From IMG/VR virus record IMGVR_UViG_3300048606_000166, positions 1 through 64,000 of that record: a stretch of DNA of 64,000 bases; one strand, written 5' to 3'. The position numbers and the translations under genes are program-made. The stretch is from a virus. Its lineage: Duplodnaviria > Caudoviricetes. Under the pieces are notes generated by a model. That model was given only the letters and a program-made list of their open reading frames with translations, made no database searches and was not told the origin of the DNA. Shown here in pieces: positions 1-8,705 of this stretch; position 1 is the first letter of the stretch; the number at the start of each line of letters is the position of its first letter.

Positions 1-2
1 TC

Positions 3-218
3 AAGATCGCTGCGAAGCCCGTCAACTTCGCCGCAGGAGACGACGTCATCACGGAGACCGACGAGATCGCGATCTTCAGGGCTAAGCCTTTGGACAAGCG
101 CGTCACACTGCACGGGATCACCGTCATGCACTTCGAGGACGGCAAGATCGCCAAACAGTGGCAGTACGCGAATTCCCTTGAGCTTCTGGCCCAGCTCGGC
201 ATGATGCCCCCCAAATAG
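3..218 (+). CDS. Ester cyclase / SnoaL-like protein, 3' part (host gene, 5' truncated by window)
   Basis: Open frame from base 3 to TAG at 216-218 reads ...VTLHGITVMHFEDGKIAKQWQYANSLELLAQLG, a typical SnoaL-like C-terminus. Confidence 0.6.
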   Translation, partial: KIAAKPVNFAAGDDVITETDEIAIFRAKPLDKRVTLHGITVMHFEDGKIAKQWQYANSLELLAQLGMMPPK

Positions 219-228
219 AGCGTCCTTT

Positions 229-378
229 AGATACGCGCGACGCCGCTTCGTCACGATGATCGTCGACCATAAGAACAAGCGGCTCATGGAAGTCGTCGAA
301 GGCACAGAGGGTGCGGTTCTGCGCGCAGCGCTTGATCACATCCCAGGCAGGGAAAACGTGCAATGGGTGGCGCCTACT
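229..378 (+). pseudogene. ISL3-family transposase remnant
   Basis: FVTMIVDHKNKRLMEVVEG...AALDHIPGRENVQWV resembles the DDE_Tnp_ISL3 core; similarity stops after ~50 codons. Confidence 0.55.
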
Positions 379-418
379 TCTTCTGCAGGCTCACCAAGCC
401 GCGGCAGAGCCGGTCGAT

Positions 419-457
419 GGAGCCAAAAAAAACCGCCTCGGCGGGTTTTTTGGCTCC
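419..457. terminator. Bidirectional intrinsic terminator
   Basis: ggagccAAAAAAAAccgcc-tcg-gcgggTTTTTTggctcc: GC hairpin with A-tract on one side and T-tract on the other, directly 3' of the tRNA-end fragment. Confidence 0.75.
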
Positions 458-475
458 AGCGCCAGGACTCGAACC
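451..475 (-). other. Prophage attachment junction: 3' end of a tRNA-Asn (T-loop, acceptor strand, CCA)
   Basis: Minus strand GGTTCGAGTCCTGGCGCTGGAGCCA; the acceptor strand implies U1-C2-C3 and G73 (Asn-type); tRNA pairing breaks down 5' of the T-loop. Confidence 0.75.
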
Positions 476-735
476 CGCTGAACGACGACGACCCTCCACT
501 TCCCACCGGTACCCCAAGCACTTCGTCATTGCCGGAAGTGACGGGAGAAGTGGTAGCAGTCGCTCAGCAGTCGGACCTGGACCCCGTGGTCAACGCGCTG
601 CGGATGGGGCTCGAGAAGGCCATTGCTGAGGGTCTTATCCCAGAGGCCGCCGAGATAGCAACCGCCCTCGCCGCGCGCGCGCAGAGCAAGCAGGCCCCCA
701 ACGTGGTCAAGCTCTCGACGCGGCGGCCGCGATGA
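451..735 (+). pseudogene. Severed 3' tail of a phage gene spanning attP (probable integrase C-terminal extension)
   Basis: Frame reads through the att core (WLQRQDSNP), has no own start, and its TGA overlaps the next ATG (732-735). Confidence 0.5.
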
Positions 736-941
736 GCGCGCACGACGAGCTTCGAAGGATCTTCGCGAACGTCGACGAATCGCGCCTGGACCCCGAGCCG
801 GATCCCTGCTGCGGCCACTGCCACAAGCACGTCACCGTCGATTTCCCACGGGAGTGGAACGACGGCGATCTCTGCCCTGACTGCCTCCTGGTCGTCGCCG
901 AGTTCGCGCGCGCTCTCGTCACCCAGGAGCCCGGCCAATGA
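732..941 (+). CDS. Hypothetical protein, CxxC...CxxC
   Basis: ATGA overlaps at both ends; CGHC and CPDC motifs. Confidence 0.65.
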   Translation: MSAHDELRRIFANVDESRLDPEPDPCCGHCHKHVTVDFPREWNDGDLCPDCLLVVAEFARALVTQEPGQ

Positions 942-1174
942 GCGCGCTGCCAGACACCCTTGGTCCCTTGGTCGCGGCAGCCGAAAAGCTGGTCGAGCTT
1001 GTCCAGGGCGCGCCGGTCATGCTGGCGTTCGCGAAGGATGGCGCCGGCCCGTTTCAGGCCATCGAGGACGACCACCTTCTCGGCGGTGAGGGCCGCATCC
1101 GTCGGGCCGCTGAGCAGCTTCGTCAAAGGCTGCTCGACCACGACCGCGCCGAACTCTTGAGGGGCGGACGATGA
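938..1174 (+). CDS. Hypothetical protein
   Basis: ATGA-coupled chain, phage-like codon usage. Confidence 0.6.
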   Translation: MSALPDTLGPLVAAAEKLVELVQGAPVMLAFAKDGAGPFQAIEDDHLLGGEGRIRRAAEQLRQRLLDHDRAELLRGGR

Positions 1175-1410
1175 CACCGCGGCATCTCGCTACCGCGGTC
1201 GCCCAATGGCGCGCGCAACCGCTCCGCGCGCGCCGCGAAGCTATCGCGTTCTTCCGGGCCGAGGCCGAGCAGTCGCGCGAATGGGCCAATGATCCGCCCA
1301 ACTTTGAGGCCGCCCACCATCTCGAAGACGCGTCGGCGCTGGATGCCGCGATCCAGCTCCTCACCAACGCTGCGACCCGCAAGCCGCCGCAGCGCAAGAG
1401 GGGCCGATGA
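1171..1410 (+). CDS. Hypothetical protein
   Basis: ATGA-coupled chain. Confidence 0.6.
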   Translation: MTPRHLATAVAQWRAQPLRARREAIAFFRAEAEQSREWANDPPNFEAAHHLEDASALDAAIQLLTNAATRKPPQRKRGR

Positions 1411-1673
1411 GCGGCTGGGCCTCCAAGCGCTGGGAAGCCTTCGCGCACTACATCGACGCCGACGGCGCGCCCGCCTGCTCGAAGATGCGCCGGTCCGACG
1501 GCACGCCACACCTCGCGCCGTTCCTGTGCGACTGGGTCGAGCTGCGCCCGAGGAATCACCTTTGCGCATACTGTCGGCGCCTTCGCGGCGGGCATTGCGT
1601 CTGCGGTAAGTGCACGGCCGCGCGCGCCGATCGGAAAGCGGCCGTCGCGCGCCGCTCGGGGGTGCGCGCATGA
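1407..1673 (+). CDS. Hypothetical Cys-rich protein
   Basis: ATGA-coupled; CAYC and HCVCGKC motifs. Confidence 0.6.
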   Translation: MSGWASKRWEAFAHYIDADGAPACSKMRRSDGTPHLAPFLCDWVELRPRNHLCAYCRRLRGGHCVCGKCTAARADRKAAVARRSGVRA

Positions 1674-3097
1674 TGCCCGCCGCCGCCACCCGCGAGCCGA
1701 AGCAACTGATGCCCGCGCAGGGGCGTATCCCGCCGCACGACCTCGAGGCCGAGGCGGCATGCATCTCGGCGTCGCTCCTCGAGCTCGAGGCCTACGTCAC
1801 CAGCGCCAATATCCTTATCCCCCAGCACTTCTACTCGGAGGCGAACCGCTGGATCTACGAGGCCATCGGCCTCGTCTACCAGGCCGGCACGCCTGTCGAT
1901 GTGGTCAGCGTGAAGCATCAGCTCGAGGTGATGGGCCGCATCCAGCAAATCGGCGGCAGCTCCTACCTCGCCCAGCTCGTCGACTCCGTCCCCGCCGTCG
2001 CCCACATCGAGAACTACGCCAAGATCGTTCGCGACCATGCGCGCACCCGCGCCGTGATCGTCAAGTGCCAGGAGCTCGTCGCCGAGGCCTACGTCGGCGT
2101 GGCCGGCGAGCAGGGGGAAGCCTTCCTCGATCGGTGTCAGACCGAGATCGCCGAGGCCTGCGACGTCGAAGAGCGCTCGCCGATCGTGAGCGCGTACGAG
2201 CTGACCGACGCGTTCATGAAGTCGCTCCACGCGACTGACATCGACACGCTCGGGCTGAAGCTCGGCTACATCGACCTCGACAAGATCCTCTCGCTTCGCA
2301 TGGGCGAGGTGACCGTCATCGCCGCCCGCCCCGGCATGGGCAAAACGTCCTTCATGATGGGCGCGATCATCAACCTCGCGTGGCCCCAGCAGCGCGACCC
2401 GGAGGATGCCGAGCTGCCGACGGCGGCCGGCGTCTTCTCGATCGAGATGCCAAAGGAGCAGCTTTGGGCGCGCGCCGCCTGCGCCCATGGATACGTCGAC
2501 TACGGCAAGCTGCAAAAGCGAGAGCTCGACGGCGACGACCACGGGCGGCTCGCCCGCGCCTGCGAGGACCTCGCCCACCTGCCGATCTGGATGGACGAAA
2601 CCCCGAGCCTATCGATCGGCGCCTTCCGCACGAAGCTGCGCTTGATGAAGCACAAGGCCGCGCGCGCCGGGTACAAGCTGCGCATCGCGGCCATCGACTA
2701 CATGCAGCTCATGATCTCGGGCAAGCGCGGCGTGCCGCGCGAGCAGGAGATCGCCGAGATCAGCCGGAGCTTGAAGCACGCGGCCAAAGAGGAGCGGATC
2801 CACATCCTCGCCGTCGCCCAGTTGAACCGCGACGTCGAGGACCGCTCGCCGCCTATCCCCCAGCTCTCTGACCTTCGCGAGTCGGGCGCCCTCGAGCAGG
2901 ACGCCGACAACGTCCTCTTTCTTTACCGCCAGGAATACTACGAGATTCTGCGGCAAAAAGAGGTCACCGAAGAGACGAAGGGCACGGCCCAGGCCATCCT
3001 CGGCAAGCAGCGCAACGGCACCACCGGATCGGCGCGCCTGAAATTCTGGGCGGCCATGACCCGGTTCGACAACTTCACCGACCGCGATTGGCAATAG
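1670..3097 (+). CDS. dnaB: Replicative DNA helicase DnaB
   Basis: PPHDLEAE N-terminus, Walker A AARPGMGKT, FSIEM, IDYMQL, QLNR, LSDLRESGALEQDAD, KQRNG. Confidence 0.96.
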   Translation: MMPAAATREPKQLMPAQGRIPPHDLEAEAACISASLLELEAYVTSANILIPQHFYSEANRWIYEAIGLVYQAGTPVDVVSVKHQLEVMGRIQQIGGSSYLAQLVDSVPAVAHIENYAKIVRDHARTRAVIVKCQELVAEAYVGVAGEQGEAFLDRCQTEIAEACDVEERSPIVSAYELTDAFMKSLHATDIDTLGLKLGYIDLDKILSLRMGEVTVIAARPGMGKTSFMMGAIINLAWPQQRDPEDAELPTAAGVFSIEMPKEQLWARAACAHGYVDYGKLQKRELDGDDHGRLARACEDLAHLPIWMDETPSLSIGAFRTKLRLMKHKAARAGYKLRIAAIDYMQLMISGKRGVPREQEIAEISRSLKHAAKEERIHILAVAQLNRDVEDRSPPIPQLSDLRESGALEQDADNVLFLYRQEYYEILRQKEVTEETKGTAQAILGKQRNGTTGSARLKFWAAMTRFDNFTDRDWQ

Positions 3098-3168
3098 CCG
3101 ACCGCGCTCGGGGGGAAAGTAGCACCTAGATAGCGTCTAGTTAGTTCCGGCAGTCGAAAGGGGGGGAC

Positions 3169-3999
3169 ATGCGTAGAGACACGTGGACACAGATCTTGCC
3201 GTGCGACCTGAACGAGGTCGAGCGCGACGAGCGCGCGCGCGCCGGCATGGGGACCGTGCGCCAGCTGGTGCTGATGAAGGAAGAGCACTCGGTCAAACAC
3301 GCCGAGATGAAAGCGGGGGAAAAGGAGCTCGAAAAACGGATCAAGGCGCTCGCCGTAGCCGCGGAGACCGGGCGCGAAGAGCGCGTCGTCGAATGCTACG
3401 AGAGCCCGAACCTCGCGACGTTCCGCGTCGAGTTCATTCGGATGGACACTGGCGAGTCGTTCGACACCCGTGAGATGGACGAGGACGAGCGCAAGAAAGC
3501 CAAGCAGCGCTCTTTCGAATACTCGCCCGAGATTGTGTCGGCCGCCGAAGCCGAGCGCAGGGTGCAGGCCAACCGCAAGAAGGTGACCGAGCTGAAAAAC
3601 TGGGAGCGCCGGCGCGACGTCAACCGAATGGACGCCGAGCGCGAGCACGGCATCGAACGCGCGGCGGCGCCGCCACCGGCGGAAACCCCGGCGGATTTCG
3701 AAGGCCCGGGTGTGCTCGCCGGTGCGTTGCTCGATGCCGAGCCGCCGCCTGCCAGGCACCCGACCGATCCGGCCCCGCCCCCCTTCCACCGCGACCCGAC
3801 CGCCAAGCCCGGATCGATGGCGAATCCGCGCGACCTTCCCGATCCGGTGCGGTTCGACGACGATGCGCCGCCCGAGCGCCCGGGCGCCGACCTCACCGAT
3901 GACGAGCTCGAAGTCGAGAAGCGCACGGAAGAGGCGCGGCTCGGCAGCGCTGACAACCCGAGGCCCATCGGCCCGCCGCCGCAGGGCGAGAGGCATTGA
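3169..3999 (+). CDS. Hypothetical phage protein (coiled N-terminus, Pro-rich C-terminus)
   Basis: 276 aa ORF with GGGG RBS; TGATG overlap with next gene. Confidence 0.75.
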   Translation: MRRDTWTQILPCDLNEVERDERARAGMGTVRQLVLMKEEHSVKHAEMKAGEKELEKRIKALAVAAETGREERVVECYESPNLATFRVEFIRMDTGESFDTREMDEDERKKAKQRSFEYSPEIVSAAEAERRVQANRKKVTELKNWERRRDVNRMDAEREHGIERAAAPPPAETPADFEGPGVLAGALLDAEPPPARHPTDPAPPPFHRDPTAKPGSMANPRDLPDPVRFDDDAPPERPGADLTDDELEVEKRTEEARLGSADNPRPIGPPPQGERH

Positions 4000-4346
4000 T
4001 GTTTCGCTCTCATCGCCCAGCATCGTTGTCGGAGCGGCTTACGGCATGGCGCACGCGCATTCGGTTCGCGCGCGTGCGTCTTCTGCGCCTGCTCGGCATC
4101 GCCGCGCTCGCCCTCGGATGCAGGCGCGACGCGAGCGTCACCCTCAAGATCGAGACGAGGCTTGGCCCCTCGGAAGACGGGCCGTGCCGCGACTGGGGCA
4201 TTCGTGACTACGAAGGCCAGCCTCCGCGGCCCTACGAGGTCATCGTCTGTCGACGAGATCAGCAGATGGGCGCAACGTACGGCGTCGTTTTCTGCCGGTG
4301 CCTCATCGACCCCGAGATCCTCGAGCACGCGAGGGCCTTCGAATGA
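3999..4346 (+). CDS. Putative lipoprotein
   Basis: Basic N-terminus, hydrophobic LLRLLGIAALALG-C lipobox; coupled at both ends. Confidence 0.55.
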   Translation: MFRSHRPASLSERLTAWRTRIRFARVRLLRLLGIAALALGCRRDASVTLKIETRLGPSEDGPCRDWGIRDYEGQPPRPYEVIVCRRDQQMGATYGVVFCRCLIDPEILEHARAFE

Positions 4347-4840
4347 TCGCGCTATCGCTGCGCCAACCGTGGTGCGCCGCTTGCGTCTATTCGAACGGCA
4401 ACGCGCTCGGCCCGAAGGGGATCGAAAATCGCGTCTGGTCGCCGCAAAGTAAAGGCCGGCGCCCCCCCTTCGATGTCCTCCTGCACGCAGCGCAGGGCAT
4501 GACGAAGGTCGAGCACCGCGAGGCGATCGCCTGGATGTTGCGATCGGGCCTGCGCCCTCCCTCGAAAGAGCAGCTCGAGCTCGGGGGCCTGGTCGGCGTC
4601 ACGACCGTCGCGGATGTCATCGCACCGATCGAGTCGGAGTACGACCAGAAGCAGGGCATCAAGATCGCCAACCGCAACGGCGTCGACATCCGCTGGCACA
4701 TGACCGGGCAATACGGATTTGTGCTGAAGGGCACGCGCCGAAAGCCCTTCCTCGCGTGGAAGGGCAATACGGGCTTCTTCGAGATCCCCGACGAGGTCGC
4801 CGAGCGGTTTCTCGCAGAGCCGACCATGGAGGACCCGTGA
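4343..4840 (+). CDS. ASCH domain protein
   Basis: ALSLRQPW...GPKGIENRVW...LLHAA...GGLVG...KGNTGFF, the ASCH GxKxxExR signature. Confidence 0.85.
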   Translation: MIALSLRQPWCAACVYSNGNALGPKGIENRVWSPQSKGRRPPFDVLLHAAQGMTKVEHREAIAWMLRSGLRPPSKEQLELGGLVGVTTVADVIAPIESEYDQKQGIKIANRNGVDIRWHMTGQYGFVLKGTRRKPFLAWKGNTGFFEIPDEVAERFLAEPTMEDP

Positions 4841-5535
4841 CCGCTCGACTCTGCGCAGAGTGTGGTCATACGCCCGGCGACCACGGCTTGCTCATTCACG
4901 AGCCGCGCACCTGCGACGTGTCCGGTTGCGATTGCCAAGGTTTCGTCGCGTACTCCATTCAGCCCGGTAACCACGCCGCGCCGCCCGGCCCCTTCGAAAA
5001 GATGCAGCTGCTCGCGTCTTTCGTGATGCCGTCATCGACGCAACCGCCGGCGGCCGACGAGGCGCCGGTCGACCCGCGCGAGGACGGCATCTACTTCCGC
5101 GGCGTGACGACCGAGACGGGCGACCGCGATGCGCTCTGCGCGGTCGTCGAGAACGGCCAGCTCATTTCCGAGCAGTCGCTGCGCGTCGACGAGTACAGCT
5201 TCTCGGGCATTCACGTGCGTCACCTTCCGGACTTCGGCCCGAACGCGCACGTGCGATCGACCTGGGGTCTCGCGCACGCGTTCATGCGGCTCACGGTCCC
5301 GGACGCGAGCGCGAGCGCGCACATCGATGTCATGTCCGAATTTGTGCGCCAGCTGCCCCCGCAATGGAGCTTCGCGGGCGAAGAGCTCCGCCGGTTTCTC
5401 CTCGCGCGCGAGTTCTACAAGCAGGCCCTCTTCGCCTTTCGCGAGGCCATCAACGTCGACACGGTCGTCTATCTCGCCCGGGTCCAGAAGCCTTTTCCCA
5501 ATGAAATGTTCGCCCCGAAAGTGAGGACCGAATGA
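4837..5535 (+). CDS. Hypothetical protein with N-terminal Zn-binding motif
   Basis: GTG start overlaps upstream TGA; CAECGH...H...C...CDC. Confidence 0.7.
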   Translation: MTARLCAECGHTPGDHGLLIHEPRTCDVSGCDCQGFVAYSIQPGNHAAPPGPFEKMQLLASFVMPSSTQPPAADEAPVDPREDGIYFRGVTTETGDRDALCAVVENGQLISEQSLRVDEYSFSGIHVRHLPDFGPNAHVRSTWGLAHAFMRLTVPDASASAHIDVMSEFVRQLPPQWSFAGEELRRFLLAREFYKQALFAFREAINVDTVVYLARVQKPFPNEMFAPKVRTE

Positions 5536-5891
5536 GGCTCTTTCGCGCCGTCGCCCCAACGCTGCTCGTCATTTTCATCGCCGTCGTTTCGGCCCTCGCG
5601 GTCGTCAGCATCATCACGAGCTGCGATCAAAAGCCCATCCCCGTGAACGCGACCCCGGGCTACCCCTGCGGCAAAGCGGGCTACTACTTCGAATGCCACA
5701 AGGGGTGCTGCTGGCGCGGCACGCGGTGCGGCGTGCTCGGCCACGCCTGCGGCCTCGGCGAGTGCTGCTACATCGGCGACGAGTACGGCGGCGCCCCCGA
5801 TGCCGCGCGCGGCGCCGCTCGCTCCGCCGGCCACGAGCTCACGCCCGAAGAGGCCCGCCAGCGCGAGCAGCACTCGGGGGACGGCCGATGA
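5532..5891 (+). CDS. Cys-rich putative lipoprotein
   Basis: Signal-like hydrophobic stretch ending ITS-C, followed by eight more Cys. Confidence 0.65.
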   Translation: MRLFRAVAPTLLVIFIAVVSALAVVSIITSCDQKPIPVNATPGYPCGKAGYYFECHKGCCWRGTRCGVLGHACGLGECCYIGDEYGGAPDAARGAARSAGHELTPEEARQREQHSGDGR

Positions 5892-7630
5892 GCAAGCTCG
5901 CCATCGCGAACGGCGTCTCTTTGCCGCTCGACACCGTGACCCAGGCGATCGGGATTCTCGCCAAGCGACGGGCGGGTAAGAGCTACCTCGCGCGCCGCCT
6001 GGTCGAGCAGCTCCTTCGCGCTGAGCAGCAGGTGGTCATCGTCGATCCGAAGGGCGACTGGTGGGGCATTCGGTCGGCGGCCGATGGCAAAGGCCCCGGC
6101 CTGAAGGTGACCATCCTTGGCGGCGAGCATGCCGACGTCCCGCTCGAGCACACGAGCGGCGAGCTCGTCGCCCACCTGGTCGTCGAAGAGCGGGTCAGCA
6201 TCCTGCTCGACCTCTCGCTCTTCAGCAAAGCGCAGGTCGCGACGTTCATGGCCGCGTTTCTCGAGACGGTCTACCGCTTGAAGGCGCAAGAGCAGTACCG
6301 CACCCCCGTGATGCTCGTCATCGACGAAGCCGACGCGATCGCGCCGCAAAAGCCGATGAAGGGCACGTCCGAGGAACGCATGCTCGGCGCGGCCAACGAC
6401 ATCGTGCGCCGCGGCGGCCAGCGCGGCATCGGCTGCATCATGGTGACGCAGCGCTCGGCCGTTCTCAGCAAAAACGTGCTGACGCAAATCGAGCTTCTCA
6501 TCACGCTGAAGACGATCGCGCCGCAGGATCTTGCCGCCATCAACGATTGGATCGATGTCCACGGCACCAAAGAGCAGCGCGATTTGTTGATGGAGACGCT
6601 CCCAGCGCTACCCGTCGGCACGGCGTGGTTCTGGTCGCCGGCGTGGCCGACCGACAAGGGGATCTTCCAGAAGGCGGAAGTTCTGCCCATCGAGACCTTC
6701 GACTCGGGCGCGACCCCGAAACCCGGCCACAAGCAATCGAAGCCGAAGACGATGGCAGACGTCGACCTCGACGCTTTCCGAAAGCGCATGGTCGCCACGA
6801 TCGAGAAGGCAAAACAGGAAGACCCCCGCGAGCTCCGCAAGGAAATCGCGGACTTGAAGGGGCAGCTCAAGAAGCTGCAGGCGACGGCGGCGCCCCCCCC
6901 CGTCGTCGAGAGGATCGAAGTGCCCGTCCTCACCAAGGAGGATCGGACGCTCGTGTGCGACCTCGGCGCGGACATCGAAGACATCGTCGCCAAGTGGAAA
7001 AAGGCGGAGCAGATGTTGGTCGCGGCCGCGGAGAAGATGCTCAAGGGTGTCGCGAGCAGCGGCAGCGCCAACGGCATCCTCCGAGCCGATCACGTTCTAC
7101 GGTCCCGGCCGGCCACGCTGCCCAAGAAGGCGGCGGCGGCGAAGGCGCCGGCGGCCCTCGAGCCGGACGACGGCGGCGAGCTGCCGACGATGGACCGGCG
7201 GTTTCTCGTCGCCCTCGCCCAGCAACCCTGGGGCCGCACCAAAAAGCACCTGCTCGCGATCGCCGGCTACCGCGATGGCGGCGCAACGAGTCGATCGCTC
7301 TCGCGCCTGAAGCGCTTGAACCACATCGTCGTCGAGAACGACCTCTACAACATCACACATGCGGGCCTCGCCGCGCTCGGCTCCTACGAGCAGCTACCGA
7401 CCGGCGCCGCCCTCTTCGACTACTGGTCACAGAAGGTGCCCATCATGCCGCGCGCGATGCTCTGCGCGCTGCGCGAAGCGGGCCCGCTCTCGAAGCGCGA
7501 TCTGCTCGGCGTCTGCAACTACCAGGACGGCGGCGCGACGAGCCGCGCGCTCCGCCTTTTACGCGCGCTCAACCTGGTCGTGCCGCCGAAGGGCGATCCC
7601 ATCGACCTTAACCGCGAGCTCTTCGCATGA
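5888..7630 (+). CDS. HerA/FtsK-like (DUF87-type) ATPase with two C-terminal winged-helix-like repeats
   Basis: Walker A AKRRAGKS, VIVDPKGDWW, Walker B LVIDEAD, TQRSA motif; coiled linker; repeated Y.DGGATSR.L..L. Confidence 0.82.
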   Translation: MSKLAIANGVSLPLDTVTQAIGILAKRRAGKSYLARRLVEQLLRAEQQVVIVDPKGDWWGIRSAADGKGPGLKVTILGGEHADVPLEHTSGELVAHLVVEERVSILLDLSLFSKAQVATFMAAFLETVYRLKAQEQYRTPVMLVIDEADAIAPQKPMKGTSEERMLGAANDIVRRGGQRGIGCIMVTQRSAVLSKNVLTQIELLITLKTIAPQDLAAINDWIDVHGTKEQRDLLMETLPALPVGTAWFWSPAWPTDKGIFQKAEVLPIETFDSGATPKPGHKQSKPKTMADVDLDAFRKRMVATIEKAKQEDPRELRKEIADLKGQLKKLQATAAPPPVVERIEVPVLTKEDRTLVCDLGADIEDIVAKWKKAEQMLVAAAEKMLKGVASSGSANGILRADHVLRSRPATLPKKAAAAKAPAALEPDDGGELPTMDRRFLVALAQQPWGRTKKHLLAIAGYRDGGATSRSLSRLKRLNHIVVENDLYNITHAGLAALGSYEQLPTGAALFDYWSQKVPIMPRAMLCALREAGPLSKRDLLGVCNYQDGGATSRALRLLRALNLVVPPKGDPIDLNRELFA

Positions 7631-8487
7631 GCGGCATCGAGGTAAAGGCCCCCGAGGACGTCACCAGTCGGGAGGACTTTATCTCGTGTGAGCCGTACAG
7701 CTGCCGCCTCAAGGCCGCGGCCTGCGTCGGCCGACGCTCGCTCGTCATGGCCCGTAACCAAACGATGAGCGCGTGTTTCAACTGCCCGGTCGGCCCCGTC
7801 GTCGAGAAAAACTCGGGCGGCGCGCTTCCCTCGGCCGTGCTCGAACGCGCGGCCAAGAGCCCCGGTTTCAACTGGGGGTTTCAAGGCTTCGCGCGCGGCC
7901 TCGCCAAGAGCAAGGCGAAGGCGAAGAGCGCCCCCGTCGTCGTCAAGAGCACCCCGAAGAAGAAGAGCCAATTCATCGCGAACTTGAATACCGCCAAGCG
8001 TTTGCCCGCCCCGCCGCCTCTCACAGCACAGGAGAAGGAAATGAATGAGTGCAAGAAGTGCAATCGCCAGCTCCGAAAGCGCCGTCTCGACACGCCCGTG
8101 CCGGTCGGAACCGAGGGGCTCTGCAACGAATGCCGGCGCAAGATCACGCGACGTAAACCATCGCCGCAGATCGGCCCCGCCCTGCTCGAGCCCGAGCCGG
8201 CCGCCGCCGCCGAGCCGAAGTCGGCCAAGATCCTCAAGCCGAAGACAAAGCCCAAAAAGAAGAAGAAGCACGGGCCGCCGCCGGCGAGCGGGATCCTGAA
8301 GGCGCGCGAGCCCGAGGTGCGCACGGCCGCCTACGTCGCGCGCGCCTCGGCCGACGACCGCACCCTCGCCGAGCTGAAAGAAGCGATCGATCTTGTCGAC
8401 GCCATCGGCTGGGACGAGGCGCGCGCTCTTGCTCGGCGGTTTCAGTTTCAGCAGGGGGCACGACCGCTGCGGAGCGTGTCGCTATGA
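7627..8487 (+). CDS. Hypothetical protein, Cys clusters and Lys/Pro-rich
   Basis: Coupled ORF; CKKC...CNEC motifs. Confidence 0.65.
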   Translation: MSGIEVKAPEDVTSREDFISCEPYSCRLKAAACVGRRSLVMARNQTMSACFNCPVGPVVEKNSGGALPSAVLERAAKSPGFNWGFQGFARGLAKSKAKAKSAPVVVKSTPKKKSQFIANLNTAKRLPAPPPLTAQEKEMNECKKCNRQLRKRRLDTPVPVGTEGLCNECRRKITRRKPSPQIGPALLEPEPAAAAEPKSAKILKPKTKPKKKKKHGPPPASGILKAREPEVRTAAYVARASADDRTLAELKEAIDLVDAIGWDEARALARRFQFQQGARPLRSVSL

Positions 8488-8705
8488 CCTCGACCATGCC
8501 GCCGGTGCTCGAGGTCTACGATGGACAGTCGGTCGTCTGCCCGCACTGCCGCCACCGACACACCGACCCGGACGAATACTTCAAGACGCGCGATAGCACC
8601 GAGATCCAATGCACGGGCGATGGGTGCGGCCGCACCTTTTTCGCCGAGCGCCAGGTGAGCGTGACCTACATGACCGCGCCGCTTGAGACGAGGGCAAAGC
8701 GGTGA
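8484..8705 (+). CDS. Zinc-ribbon protein
   Basis: CPHC...CTGDGC motif; coupled. Confidence 0.7.
   Translation: MTSTMPPVLEVYDGQSVVCPHCRHRHTDPDEYFKTRDSTEIQCTGDGCGRTFFAERQVSVTYMTAPLETRAKR

Noticed and set aside
3117-3145. Palindrome CTAGA-TAGCG-TCTAG after dnaB as origin or operator
   Set aside because: Single short copy, no iterons or AT-rich unwinding region; insufficient support
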